Positions 20,667 through 30,952 of a stretch of DNA of 64,000 bases are shown piece after piece; position 1 is the first letter of the stretch, and every line of letters starts with the position of its first letter. The DNA comes from an uncultured delta proteobacterium. Its GTDB lineage: Bacteria > Myxococcota > Myxococcia > Myxococcales > Myxococcaceae. The stretch is from contig CAVQKE010000001.1 in the NCBI GenBank assembly GCA_963713045.1, positions 576,001-640,000 on the forward strand, written 5' to 3'. A program made the translations under genes and the position numbers. The notes below the pieces were generated by a model. The model saw nothing but the letters and a program-made list of their open reading frames with translations. It had not been told where the DNA came from and made no database searches.

Positions 20667-21275
20667 ATGTCCACCTCCCGCCTTTTGCGGAGGCCCCCGA
20701 CCCCGGGCCTCCTCTTACGTGCCGCCACCGCGCCGGACTGGCTGCCCCGTGCGCTGGCGGCGTTGGACGTGGTGCTGGTGGACCACGCCCATTGCGAGAA
20801 GAAGGCGGCGGCCAATGCGCTTTCCTTGCTTCAGGCCTACCCCGAGGTGCCGGGTCTGCCGGCCCAGATGGCCCGGCTGGCGCGCGAGGAGGCGGCGCAC
20901 CTTGCCCAGGTGTTGCACTGGCTGGAGGTGCGCGGACTGGCCCTGGGAAGGGACAGGGGAGACCCCTATGCGCAAGGCCTGCAGGCGCTGGTGCGGACTT
21001 CGGCCAAGGAAAGACAGCTGGACCGGCTGTTGGTGGCGGCACTCATCGAAGCGCGCAGCTGTGAGCGCCTGGGGCTTCTGGCCCGAGGCCTTCCCGAAGG
21101 GGGGCTGAAGGCCCTGTATGCCCGGCTGACGCAGAGTGAGGACGGGCACCAGCGCCTCTTCGTCCGGCTGGCGGAGCGCGTCCACGGGGCCGCGGCCGCC
21201 GCGCGCCTCGACGGCCTTCTCGACCAGGAGGCGAGGCTGGTGCGGCAGCTTCCGGTCCGCGCCGCCATCCACTGA
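20667..21275 (+). CDS. miaE: tRNA-(ms2io6A) hydroxylase MiaE family, di-iron protein
   Basis: DHAHCEKKAA, LAREEAAH, LIEARSCERL and SEDGH motifs. Confidence 0.88.
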   Translation: MSTSRLLRRPPTPGLLLRAATAPDWLPRALAALDVVLVDHAHCEKKAAANALSLLQAYPEVPGLPAQMARLAREEAAHLAQVLHWLEVRGLALGRDRGDPYAQGLQALVRTSAKERQLDRLLVAALIEARSCERLGLLARGLPEGGLKALYARLTQSEDGHQRLFVRLAERVHGAAAAARLDGLLDQEARLVRQLPVRAAIH

Positions 21276-21299
21276 AAGGGCCGGGGAGGCCCTTCGCAC

Positions 21300-21773
21300 T
21301 CAGGGGCCAGAGGCCACTTCGAGGCGCAGCACGTCCTGGTAAAACACAGTCACGCGGACGCGCTGCCCGGAAAAGCGTTGGACGGGAGGCCAGCGGGTGG
21401 CATGCAGCGCGGGCGCCCAGGCGTCCCAGCTGCGCTGAAGCGACAAGTCGGCGACGCGGAAGGCGTCGGCCCGAGGGGAAGACACCTCCAGCGTCCCTTC
21501 GGCAACGGTGGCCGTCGCATTGCCCAGCCGGGCGACGCCCACCCGCCAAGCCCCGACCCCGCCCAGCGTCCACCACACGGCGAGAAGCCACAGCACTATT
21601 GCCGCAGCAGCCAGCGCCCAGCGCCGCCGGGGGCGTGCGGACGGGGTGCGCAGCCGCAGAAGGAGAAGTCCCGCGGCAACGGCCAGTGCAGCGAGTCCGG
21701 GCACGAGGACCCAACCCACGTCCAAGGGCACCACGTCCCACACCACCTGAAAGCCGCCTTGAGGTGAAGGCAC
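21300..21773 (-). CDS. Hypothetical membrane protein
   Basis: Two predicted TM helices followed by a small beta-rich domain. Confidence 0.5.
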   Translation of the reverse strand: MPSPQGGFQVVWDVVPLDVGWVLVPGLAALAVAAGLLLLRLRTPSARPRRRWALAAAAIVLWLLAVWWTLGGVGAWRVGVARLGNATATVAEGTLEVSSPRADAFRVADLSLQRSWDAWAPALHATRWPPVQRFSGQRVRVTVFYQDVLRLEVASGP

Positions 21774-21792
21774 GGGCCTCCCGAGCAGCCGG

Positions 21793-23181
21793 TTAGACGC
21801 GGGCGATGGAGCCGCTCGGCGAGCGACGATGCGGCAGGGCCTCCGCCCAGATGCGCGTCTCGCGCGTCTCCTTCAGCCACACCAGGCCGATGAGGCCCGA
21901 GAGGCCCGCGACGGAAATGGGAAACCACAGGCCAGCGTAGAGGTTGCCTGTGTTCGCCACGAAAATGCCGGCCAACAACGGGACCAGGCCGCCAAACCAC
22001 CCATTGCCCACGTGGTAGGGAAGCGACACGGCCGTGTAGCGCACCCGGGCGGGGAATTGCTCGACCAGAAAAGCGGCCATCGGGCCGTAGACCAGCGTGA
22101 CGAGCAAGACTTGGAGAAAGACGAGGAAGCAGAGCAGCACCGGATTGAGGGGGTTCGCGGCGGCCGCCATGGCCTTGTACAGCGGCAGGAAGAGGGCGGC
22201 GGCCAGGAGGTTTCCGCCAACAATCAACTTCTTCCGGCCGATGAGGTCCGACAGCTGACCGGTGACAATGAAGAAGGGCATCCCGCACAGAAGCGCGATG
22301 GCCACCACCTCGCTGGCCACGGTGGACGGCACGTGGAGCTGCTCCTGCATCCAGATGAAGCTGTAAAACTGCGCGGTATACCAAACCACCCCTTGCCCAG
22401 CCGTGGCCCCGAGCAGCGACCGCACCATGGCCAGGCTGTTGGACGCGCTGAAGCTCTCGAGCACCGGGTCGGCAGACAGCCGCCGTTCCGCTTTGAGGCG
22501 TTCCCACAGCGGAGACTCCTGCAGCCGTAGCCGGACGTACATGGAAACGCCCAGGAGAAAGAGGGATGCCACCCAGGCGAAGCGCCAGCCCCAGGTGCGA
22601 TAGGAGGCCTCCCCCAGGCCGCTCTTCAGGGCAAGCAGCACCACCAGGGTGATGAAGAAACCCAAGGTGGCGGTGAGCTGGACGAAGCTGGTGTAGAAGC
22701 CGCGCTCGGCGTCGGGGACGTTTTCGGCGACGAAGGTGGCCGCGCCACCCCACTCGCCGCCCAAGGCGAACCCCTGCAGCACCCGGAAGAAGACGAGCAA
22801 CACGGGCGCGGCCACTCCAATTTGGTCGTAGGTCGGCAGAAAGCCAATGCCGACGGTGGCCGCGCCCATCAACATCAGCGTGGAGAAAAAGGCGCGCTTG
22901 CGCCCGTACAGGTCGCCCAGCCGGCCGAAGAAAAGGGCACCCAGGGGCCGGGCGGCGAAGCCGGTAAAGTAGACCGCCAGCATTTTCAGAGTGGGGTCTG
23001 CGCCAAAGCCCTTCGCGAAGAATTGGTCCTTCAGCACCAGACCGAGTGAGCTGTAGAGGTAAAAGTCGTACCACTCGATGGTGGTGCCGGTGACGACCGC
23101 GAAAATGAGCCGGTTCCGCTCACCTCGATTCCGGGTGTAGGGGACGGTGGCGGCAGCCGAGACCGGCGCTGGGATGGCCAT
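21793..23181 (-). CDS. MFS transporter, MHS (metabolite:H+ symporter) family
   Basis: GTTIEWYDFYLY, FGRLGDLYGRK, QGFALGGEWGGA and LSDLIGRKK motifs. Confidence 0.93.
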   Translation of the reverse strand: MAIPAPVSAAATVPYTRNRGERNRLIFAVVTGTTIEWYDFYLYSSLGLVLKDQFFAKGFGADPTLKMLAVYFTGFAARPLGALFFGRLGDLYGRKRAFFSTLMLMGAATVGIGFLPTYDQIGVAAPVLLVFFRVLQGFALGGEWGGAATFVAENVPDAERGFYTSFVQLTATLGFFITLVVLLALKSGLGEASYRTWGWRFAWVASLFLLGVSMYVRLRLQESPLWERLKAERRLSADPVLESFSASNSLAMVRSLLGATAGQGVVWYTAQFYSFIWMQEQLHVPSTVASEVVAIALLCGMPFFIVTGQLSDLIGRKKLIVGGNLLAAALFLPLYKAMAAAANPLNPVLLCFLVFLQVLLVTLVYGPMAAFLVEQFPARVRYTAVSLPYHVGNGWFGGLVPLLAGIFVANTGNLYAGLWFPISVAGLSGLIGLVWLKETRETRIWAEALPHRRSPSGSIARV

Positions 23182-23288
23182 CAGTGCGGCATGCTACGCC
23201 AAGCCCCCGCCGTCAGGCCCGAAGCGCATTCTTTCCTGCGAGGGAGCCTATCCATTGACTCACACGCCTGCCCCCCGAGACACTGGGG

Positions 23289-25157
23289 ATGCCGTCTTTG
23301 CCCGGTGGAGAGCCTGACATGGTCGGAAATTTCCCCGACGTCTCCTTCCCGGACCTCATTCAGTTTTACTGCATGAGCAAGAAGACGGTGGCCATCCGCA
23401 TCTCCACGCCGGACCTCCCGGAGGGCCGCGGAGAATTCTTCGTGGCGGACGGAGAGCTTCTCGACGCCCGCTTTGGCGAGCGGGTGGGCGTGGACGCTCT
23501 CTACCGGGCGTTGCACATCCGCAACGGCTCCTTTGAGGTGGAGGTGGACGTGCGGCCCCCCATGCGCCGCATTCACGTCCCCCTCAACGAGGCGCTGCTG
23601 CAGGGCGTTCAGGCTCTGGACGAGGGGACGCCGCGGCCCAGCGCCTTTCGGGACAGCCCGGGGTGGGACCAAGTCCTTCCGGTGGAGCCTCCCTTGGGGC
23701 GGCTCTGCGCGGAGTGCGGAACCTGGCACACCGAGGACGCCTTCTGCCCGGAGCCCGCCACCCAGCCGGGGCACACCGCGGCGGCGCTGCTGCCGTCCCC
23801 TGCCGAGGAGGCAACCAGCGCCCTGAACGAAGCGGAGGCCGAGGCCGCCGGGGACTCCCGCCGGAAGATGACGGGGCTGGCCATCCTGGCGGGGATTCCG
23901 CTGCTGGGCATCGGCGCCCTCGTCCTGCTGTTCCTCCTCAAGCCGAAGGACGTCCCGGCCACGGCTCCGGAGGTCACCGAGGCCGTCGCCCGACGCTCCG
24001 CCGCGGCACCGGCCGTCGGGCCACCAGTTGCTGCCTTGCCGCCGGTGCAGGGCGTGACCGCGGACAGCGTCGTCTTCGGACTGGCCGCCCCCTTCACCGG
24101 CCCCTCCAAGGAGCTCGGCCGACAAATGCGGGTGGGCCTCGAGGCAGCCTTCGCCCAGGCCAACGAGGCGGGCGGCGTTTTTGGCCGCAAGCTGACGGTG
24201 ATGCCTGAGGACGACGGGCTCGACCCAGCACGGACCCCGGCCGCGCTGCGGGCGCTGTGGGAGAAGCGAAAGGTCTTTGCGCTGGTCGGCAACGTGGGCG
24301 CGGCCAATGCGTTGGCGTCGGTGCCCTTCGCCTTGGAACATCGGGTGCTGTTGCTGGGCGCTTTCAGCGGGGCGCAGGTGCTGAGGCGCGATCCGCCAGA
24401 CCGTTATGTCTTCAACCTTCGCGCCAGCGACGCCGAAGAAGCGGTGGCCACTGCGCGCTTCCTGGTGCGCCGGGGCGTCCGCCCGGAACAGCTTGCCCTC
24501 TTCGGCGAGGAGGGTCCGGCCAGCGAAGCCGCCTACCAGGGGCTGCTGAAGCTCCTGCGGCGGGAATACAAGCTGACGACGCTGCTGCGTGTCAGCTACC
24601 CCCGAAATACCCTCGACGTGGAAGACGCAGTCCAGCGCATTCGCAGCCACGTCCCTGCAATCCGGGCGGTGGTGATGGTGGCCAGCTATCGGGCCGCGGC
24701 CCGCTTCATCACCCGCCTCAAAGCGGTCTCTCCGGGCATCGCCTTGGCCTCCGTCTCCAGCGTTGGGGCCACGGCATTGGCCGAGGAGCTACAGCAGCTC
24801 AGCCCTGGCATGGGCGAGGGAGTCCTCGTCACCCAGGTGGTACCGCCGGTGGACTCGGGCGCCTCCGCGGTGCTGGGTTACAAGAAGCAGCTTGAGCGGA
24901 CGGCCCCCGACGAACGCCCGGACAGCGTTTCCTTCGAGGGGTACCTGGTGGGCCGCCTCCTGGTGGAGGGCCTGCAGCGGGCCGGCGCGGAACTGAACAA
25001 TGAAAAGCTGGTGGACGCGCTCGAATCCATTCGGGAGCTGGACCTGGGCACCGGGAACAAGCTGTCCTTCGGCCCTTCCGAGCACCAGGCCAGCCACCGC
25101 GTCTGGGGGACGCTGCTCGACGCCCGCGGCCACTACCAGGTGATTGACCTGGAGTGA
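23289..25157 (+). CDS. DUF4388 domain + TM helix + branched-chain amino acid-type periplasmic binding domain
   Basis: N-terminal GNFPDVSFPDLIQF...GEFFVADGELLDA...EALLQG (DUF4388-like); TM helix; C-terminal GVTADSVVFG...GGVFGRKL...DDG...GNVG...YVFNLRAS (Peripla_BP_6-like). Confidence 0.75.
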   Translation: MPSLPGGEPDMVGNFPDVSFPDLIQFYCMSKKTVAIRISTPDLPEGRGEFFVADGELLDARFGERVGVDALYRALHIRNGSFEVEVDVRPPMRRIHVPLNEALLQGVQALDEGTPRPSAFRDSPGWDQVLPVEPPLGRLCAECGTWHTEDAFCPEPATQPGHTAAALLPSPAEEATSALNEAEAEAAGDSRRKMTGLAILAGIPLLGIGALVLLFLLKPKDVPATAPEVTEAVARRSAAAPAVGPPVAALPPVQGVTADSVVFGLAAPFTGPSKELGRQMRVGLEAAFAQANEAGGVFGRKLTVMPEDDGLDPARTPAALRALWEKRKVFALVGNVGAANALASVPFALEHRVLLLGAFSGAQVLRRDPPDRYVFNLRASDAEEAVATARFLVRRGVRPEQLALFGEEGPASEAAYQGLLKLLRREYKLTTLLRVSYPRNTLDVEDAVQRIRSHVPAIRAVVMVASYRAAARFITRLKAVSPGIALASVSSVGATALAEELQQLSPGMGEGVLVTQVVPPVDSGASAVLGYKKQLERTAPDERPDSVSFEGYLVGRLLVEGLQRAGAELNNEKLVDALESIRELDLGTGNKLSFGPSEHQASHRVWGTLLDARGHYQVIDLE

Positions 25158-25263
25158 CCCGCGGGGTGGATGCGGCGCGTCACTTTTCAACGTTGGCTGA
25201 TGGGTAGGATGAGTGGGCGGAACGGGTTGTCGCCCGTCGCGCAGACGGGTATGGGCATAGCCC

Positions 25264-27069
25264 ATGAGAGCGCATTCGAGGCGAGAGATGGCAATGCAAG
25301 AGGGCGAGGACAGCGCGGCCCCCACGCGCAACCCGGCGCTGCTGAGCTGGGTGCGCGACATGGCGACCCTGTGCAAGCCGGACCGGGTGGTGTGGTGCGA
25401 TGGTTCCGAGGAAGAGCGCCGCCGCCTCACCGACTATGCGGTGGAGAAGGGGGTGCTCATCCCGCTCAATCAGCAGAAGCGCCCCGGGTGCTACCTTCAC
25501 CGAAGCAACCCCAACGACGTGGCGCGCGTCGAGCACCTGACCTTCATCTGTACCCCGACCAGGGAAGAGGCCGGAGCGACCAACAACTGGATGGCCCCGG
25601 CGGAGACCTACGACAAGCTGAGCAAACTTTTCGATGGCTCGATGCGGGGCCGCACCATGTACGTGCTGCCCTACGTGATGGGGCCCATCGGCTCGCCCCT
25701 TGCCAAAGTGGGCGTTGAGCTGACCGACAGCGTCTACGTGGCGCTCAACATGCGCATCATGACGCGCCTCGGAACGCAGGCGCTCGCGCTTTTGGGAAAC
25801 CAGGCAGACTTCAACCGTGGCCTGCACTGCACTGGCGACGTCAATCCAGAACGCCGCTTCATCTGCCACTTTCCCCAAGACAACACCATCTGGAGCTTCG
25901 GCTCAGGCTATGGAGGGAACGCCCTCCTCGGCAAGAAGTGCTTGGCGCTGCGCATCGCCAGCTACTTGGGAAAATCCGAAGGCTGGCTCGCCGAGCACAT
26001 GCTCATCCTCGGCGTGGAGAGTCCGGACGGGCAGACCACCTACGTCGCCGGCGCCTTCCCCTCCGCCTGTGGGAAGACAAACTTCGCGATGCTCATTCCG
26101 CCGAAGCGCTTCGCCGGCTGGAAAGTCTGGACGGTGGGAGACGACATCGCCTGGATGCGGGTCGGCAAAGACGGCCGGCTGTGGGCCGTCAATCCGGAGA
26201 ATGGCTACTTCGGTGTGGCGCCAGGCACCAACTTCTCCAGCAACCCCAACGCCATGGCCACCATTGCCAAGGACACCATCTTCACCAACGTGGCAATGAC
26301 CAAGGACGGGGACGTGTGGTGGGAGGGGATGGACGGGCCAGTGCCGGACGAACTCATCGACTGGCAGGGTCGGCCGTGGAAGAAGGGCAGTCCGGAGAAG
26401 GCGGCCCACCCCAACAGCCGTTTCACCGCGCCGATGGTGAACAACCCGGTGCTGTCGCGAGCGGTGAATGACCCCGACGGCGTCCCCATCTCAGCCATCG
26501 TCTTCGGCGGTCGGCGAGCCACCACGGTGCCGCTGGTGTTGCAGAGCTTCAACTGGGGACACGGCGTGTTTCTCGGTGCGACGCTTGGCTCAGAGACGAC
26601 GGCCGCCGCCACCGGCAAGGTGGGCGTGGTGCGCCGGGACCCGATGGCGATGCTTCCCTTCTGCGGGTACAACATGGGCGACTACCTGCAGCACTGGCTG
26701 CAGATTCAGAGCAAAATCGCCTACCCGCCGAAGATTTTTCAGGTCAATTGGTTCCGCAAAGGCAAGGACGGCAAATTCCTCTGGCCGGGCTTCGGCGAGA
26801 ACATGCGGGTGCTGAAGTGGATTGTCGACCGCTCCCACGTCCGGGTCGGCGGCCAGGAGACGCTGCTCGGCTGGGTGCCCAAAGCTGGCGACTTGGACCT
26901 CTCCGGCCTGGACATCCCCCCCGAATTGGTCGACGAGGCGACCAGCATCAACACCGCCGAGTGGAAGGAAGAGTTGCAGAGTCAAGGAGAGTTTTTCGAG
27001 CTGCTCGGCAAGCATGCGCCAGAGGCCCTCCAGCTGCAGCGCAAGTTGCTGCTGGCGCGCTTGTCCTGA
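25264..27069 (+). CDS. pckG: Phosphoenolpyruvate carboxykinase (GTP)
   Basis: [50 protein letters not shown] and [12 protein letters not shown] motifs. Start may be ATG 25288. Confidence 0.97.
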   Translation: MRAHSRREMAMQEGEDSAAPTRNPALLSWVRDMATLCKPDRVVWCDGSEEERRRLTDYAVEKGVLIPLNQQKRPGCYLHRSNPNDVARVEHLTFICTPTREEAGATNNWMAPAETYDKLSKLFDGSMRGRTMYVLPYVMGPIGSPLAKVGVELTDSVYVALNMRIMTRLGTQALALLGNQADFNRGLHCTGDVNPERRFICHFPQDNTIWSFGSGYGGNALLGKKCLALRIASYLGKSEGWLAEHMLILGVESPDGQTTYVAGAFPSACGKTNFAMLIPPKRFAGWKVWTVGDDIAWMRVGKDGRLWAVNPENGYFGVAPGTNFSSNPNAMATIAKDTIFTNVAMTKDGDVWWEGMDGPVPDELIDWQGRPWKKGSPEKAAHPNSRFTAPMVNNPVLSRAVNDPDGVPISAIVFGGRRATTVPLVLQSFNWGHGVFLGATLGSETTAAATGKVGVVRRDPMAMLPFCGYNMGDYLQHWLQIQSKIAYPPKIFQVNWFRKGKDGKFLWPGFGENMRVLKWIVDRSHVRVGGQETLLGWVPKAGDLDLSGLDIPPELVDEATSINTAEWKEELQSQGEFFELLGKHAPEALQLQRKLLLARLS

Positions 27070-27115
27070 GCAGGAGCGTTCTCTCGCACGTCGTCCGTCA
27101 CGAGACAGTCCCCCC

Positions 27116-27694
27116 GTGTCCATCCGGCTCGTCCGCGGCGTGCTGCTTGCGTTTGCCCTGGGCTGCGCGCAGCCAGGGCCGCTTCCGCCTCCACCTGCTG
27201 CCCAGCCGGCGCACCGCACGGGCCCCAGCGCGGAGCTCGAGCGGCGCTACGCCGGCACCTACGTCTTCGCCGGAGGGGACGCCGAGCGCCGCGCAGTCTC
27301 CGCCGCCGTCGAGCACGCCATCACCGGAATGTCCTTCCTGGCCAAGCCCGTCGCCCGGGCCAGTCTCAAGCAGCGGGCCGAGGTGAGGGACTCCTACAGC
27401 CTTTCCTTTGATGGGCTCGGCAATGTCGAAATCACCAGCCCCGGCTTCCCGGTGGAAGCCGGGCCCCTGGACGGCAAGCCGGTCCCGCTCGAAAACAAGT
27501 CTGGGGACCAAAGCCAGGTGACGTTTGGCTTCGTCGAGGGAGTGCTTTTGGAAAAAGGACACAGCGAGGAAGGCGGCGGGGAAACGGACTTCCGGCTGGC
27601 GGACGATGGCGCAACGCTGCTGGTCCGCCGGGTCATGCAAAGCGGGCAGCTGAGCGCGCCAGTCGACTACAGCCTCACCTACCGACGCCAATGA
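27116..27694 (+). CDS. Putative lipoprotein
   Basis: GTG start and lipobox LLAFALG-C; paralogous to the next ORF. Confidence 0.7.
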   Translation: MSIRLVRGVLLAFALGCAQPGPLPPPPAAQPAHRTGPSAELERRYAGTYVFAGGDAERRAVSAAVEHAITGMSFLAKPVARASLKQRAEVRDSYSLSFDGLGNVEITSPGFPVEAGPLDGKPVPLENKSGDQSQVTFGFVEGVLLEKGHSEEGGGETDFRLADDGATLLVRRVMQSGQLSAPVDYSLTYRRQ

Positions 27695-28296
27695 GACGAC
27701 GCCACCACCAAGGCTGGCTTCTTCTACTGGCGGGGGTCCTCCTCGTCCTTCACGCCGAGGCAGGCAGCCCGGAGGACGAGGCCCTCAGCCAGCGCTACAC
27801 CGGCCTGTGGCGCTTCGCCGGCGGCTCCTCGGAGCGCGCCGCCATCCCCCCGGCCGTGGAGCGGTCGGTGGATGGCATGTTCTTCATCTCCCGCGGCATC
27901 GCCTACGACAGGTTGATGAAGGTGTGCGAGGTGTGCAGCAGCTATACGCTGGCCTTCGGCCACGGCCAGGTGACGGTCGCCGGTCCGTGCCAGCTTCCGG
28001 ACGTCAGCCCGCAGGACGGCAGCGAGGTCGACCACAAGACCAAGTACGGGGATGCGAGCAAGCTCAGCCAGCGCTTCCTCGACGGCGCCCTGGTGCAGGA
28101 CTTTCGCGGGGAGGAGGGCGCCCGGCGGGTGGTGTGGACACTGCAGCCGGACCAGGTGAGCCTCTCGGTGCACGTCACCATCACCAGCAAGCACCTGCCC
28201 CATCCGGTCGACTACACCCTCAGCTACCACCGCGTGCCGGCTGCGCCCTCGGCCTCCGCAGCAGGCCTGCTGGACGCCGGACCCCCGGGTCCTTGA
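27691..28296 (+). CDS. Secreted hypothetical protein, paralogue of the upstream lipoprotein
   Basis: Signal peptide; shares RY.G...FAGG..ER.A...AVE....GM.F and PVDY.L.Y.R with the previous ORF; ATGA overlap. Confidence 0.7.
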   Translation: MRRRHHQGWLLLLAGVLLVLHAEAGSPEDEALSQRYTGLWRFAGGSSERAAIPPAVERSVDGMFFISRGIAYDRLMKVCEVCSSYTLAFGHGQVTVAGPCQLPDVSPQDGSEVDHKTKYGDASKLSQRFLDGALVQDFRGEEGARRVVWTLQPDQVSLSVHVTITSKHLPHPVDYTLSYHRVPAAPSASAAGLLDAGPPGP

Positions 28297-28318
28297 CGCC
28301 TGCGGCGCGTCGGAAGGG

Positions 28319-30952
28319 TTGCGCGGCCTGGTGGCACCTCTCCAGGAAAGGCCTGGGCTTCACTCGAGGAGGCAGGCCTCACGGACGGGGCGGTGGAGCC
28401 TCTGCGCACTGTGCGCTGGGGCGCTCCTCTTCGGCGGCCCGGTGCGGGCCCAGGACGTCATCCCCCCGGCCAAGCCTCCCCCGCAGCTCACCAAGCCTCC
28501 TGGCCTAGAGCACTTCGTCGAAGCGGTCTACCCGGAGGCGGCACGGGCCAGTGGCCTCCAGGCCCGGGTCCTGCTGGAGGTCGACATTTCCGCCACCGGC
28601 GAGGTGACGCATGCCACCGTCCTCACCCCGGCCGGCCACGGCTTCGATGAAGCGGCGCTGGCGGCCGTCCAGCAGTTTCACTTCACTCCGGCTGAGGTGG
28701 ACGGCAAGCCCGCCGCAGTGCGCATCAACTACGTCTACCACTTCGTCCTCACCACCGTCGTCAAGGAGTTGCCCCAGCAAGGAGCGGTCAACCTGGCGGG
28801 GACGGTTCTCGAGCGGGGGACGCGGCGGCCGCTGGCCGGCGTGGAAGTGGCGTTGCCCTACGTCGGCCGCACCGCCGTCACCGACGCAACCGGCGCCTTC
28901 TCCTTCCAGGGCCTCCCTTTGGGAAAGCAGAAGCTGGTGGTGGTGGTCAGCGGCTACCAAAAATTCGAAACAGCGGAGAGCATCGTCGAAGGCAAGGTGA
29001 CGCACGTCACCTGCTACCTTCTCAAGTCCTTTTTCAGTCCGTACGAGACGGTGGTTCGGGCCAACCGCGAGCCGACGACAGAGACGGAGTATTCGCTTTC
29101 GCTCGCAGAAGTGGAGCGCATTCCTGGCACCTACGGGGACGCGCTGAAGGCCGTGCAAAACCTTCCCGGCGTGGCACGCGCCCCCTTCAACGGGGGACTC
29201 ATCGCCATTCGCGGGACGAGCCCCCAGGACTCCGGCATCTTCCTGGACGGCGAGCGGCTTCCCCTCCTCTTTCACTTCGGTGGGCTGACGGCCGTCTACA
29301 ACAGCGAGATGTTGGCGTCGGTGGACTACTTCCCCGGCAACTTCGGCCCCTATTACGGAGACATTCTCGGAGGCGTGGTCGACGTGAAGAGTCGCGACCC
29401 GAAGACCGATGGCTTTCACGGGGTGGTGGATGTCAACGTCATCGACGCGAGCGCCGTCCTGGAGGGCCCCTTGGGGCCCAATTTCAGCCTTGCCGTCGCG
29501 GGACGCCGCTCCTACATCGACGCCTTCTTGCCGCTGTTCACCTCGGGCAGCTCCACCACCTACAACGTGGCTCCCGTCTTCGACGACGCGCAGTTGAAGC
29601 TGGTGTGGAAGCCCGACCAGAAGAGCACGGTCAGTCTGTTGGCGCTGCAGAGCCAGGACGCCTTCAAGCTGGTGGTGGGCAGTACCCCGTCCAACAACCC
29701 GACGCTCGGTCGCACCTTCGTCGACGAGACCGGCTTCTGGCAATTGCGCCTGCGCTACACCTACCTCGACGGGCCGGTGCGCTGGGACACCATCGCCCTC
29801 GTCGGTCAGACGAACATCCAGCTGCAGATTGGGGCCACCGAGGGCCTCCAGGCGGATTCCGTCCCCTACGCGCTGCGCAGCACCCTGGAGGTGGCGGTGC
29901 TGCCAAGCCTGACCTTGGCTGGAGTGCTGGACTATGGAAACCAACCGACAGAGTTAAACGTTGCCCTTCCGGAGCCCCCGCAGGAGGGCCAGCCCCCGGG
30001 CGGTCCGCTCAACCCGATTCTCTATTTTCAGACCCACACCTGGCAGAGCGACCTCGGGCTGTGGGTGGAGGCCCGCTGGCGGCCAGTCCCCAATGTCCTC
30101 ATCCTGCCTGGGCTGCGCGTCGACCAGACCCTGTGGAAGTTTCAGCCGCAGCCCAGCTGGACGGCGGACCCTCGGCTGGTGGTGCGCTGGACGGTGGCGC
30201 CCCCCCTCGTCCTCAAGGCCGGCCTCGGCCTGTACCATGAAGCGCCGACCCTATCGACGGGCCAAATCGTCCCCGTGTACGGCAATCCCAGCCTCACCAG
30301 CCAGAGGAGTCTGCAAAGTAGTCTCGGCTTCGAGTGGACGGTCCGTCCCGGCCTGTTGGCCACCTTCGAGGCCTTCTACGACCGGCTGAACAATCTCGTC
30401 TCGCCGGCGCCGGCGCCGGAGAATTTGGCCAACACCGGCATCGGGCGCATCTGGGGCTTTGAAATTTTCGTCCGCCAGGCCCTGACCAACCGTCTCTTCG
30501 GCTGGCTGAGTTACAGCTTTTCCAAGAGTCAGCGACTGGACGCCACCGGCGACCCCTGGCGGCCGTTCGCCTATGACCAGACCAATGTCCTGACCGCCAT
30601 TCTCAGCTACCAGCTGGGGGCTGGCTGGGAGGTGGGGGCCCGCTACCGGTACGCGACCGGCAACCCCTACACCCCGGTGGTGGGAGCGGTGAAGGACGAC
30701 AACACCGATACCTTCGTCCCCATCTACGGAGCACTCAACTCGGCGCGTTTGCCCAATTTCATGCAGCTGGACATCCGGGTGGACAAAATCTGGGTCTTTA
30801 ACACCTGGTCGTTGGACCTTTACCTGGACGTGCAGAATGTCACCGACACCCGGGAGGTGGAGGGCGTCACCTACAGCTTCAACTATGCCCAGCGGGTCTT
30901 CTTCGTCGGCCTCCCCATCATCCCGGTCCTGGGCGTGAAGGCGGTTTGGTGA
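28319..30952 (+). CDS. TonB-dependent receptor with N-terminal TonB C-terminal domain and carboxypeptidase-regulatory-like domain
   Basis: YPEAARASGLQARVLL...GHGFDEAALAAV..F.F.PA (TonB_C); GTVLERGTRRPL; plug motif PGTYGDALKAVQNLPGVAR; C-terminal LDIRVDK...LGVKAVW. Start uncertain. Confidence 0.88.
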   Translation: MRGLVAPLQERPGLHSRRQASRTGRWSLCALCAGALLFGGPVRAQDVIPPAKPPPQLTKPPGLEHFVEAVYPEAARASGLQARVLLEVDISATGEVTHATVLTPAGHGFDEAALAAVQQFHFTPAEVDGKPAAVRINYVYHFVLTTVVKELPQQGAVNLAGTVLERGTRRPLAGVEVALPYVGRTAVTDATGAFSFQGLPLGKQKLVVVVSGYQKFETAESIVEGKVTHVTCYLLKSFFSPYETVVRANREPTTETEYSLSLAEVERIPGTYGDALKAVQNLPGVARAPFNGGLIAIRGTSPQDSGIFLDGERLPLLFHFGGLTAVYNSEMLASVDYFPGNFGPYYGDILGGVVDVKSRDPKTDGFHGVVDVNVIDASAVLEGPLGPNFSLAVAGRRSYIDAFLPLFTSGSSTTYNVAPVFDDAQLKLVWKPDQKSTVSLLALQSQDAFKLVVGSTPSNNPTLGRTFVDETGFWQLRLRYTYLDGPVRWDTIALVGQTNIQLQIGATEGLQADSVPYALRSTLEVAVLPSLTLAGVLDYGNQPTELNVALPEPPQEGQPPGGPLNPILYFQTHTWQSDLGLWVEARWRPVPNVLILPGLRVDQTLWKFQPQPSWTADPRLVVRWTVAPPLVLKAGLGLYHEAPTLSTGQIVPVYGNPSLTSQRSLQSSLGFEWTVRPGLLATFEAFYDRLNNLVSPAPAPENLANTGIGRIWGFEIFVRQALTNRLFGWLSYSFSKSQRLDATGDPWRPFAYDQTNVLTAILSYQLGAGWEVGARYRYATGNPYTPVVGAVKDDNTDTFVPIYGALNSARLPNFMQLDIRVDKIWVFNTWSLDLYLDVQNVTDTREVEGVTYSFNYAQRVFFVGLPIIPVLGVKAVW

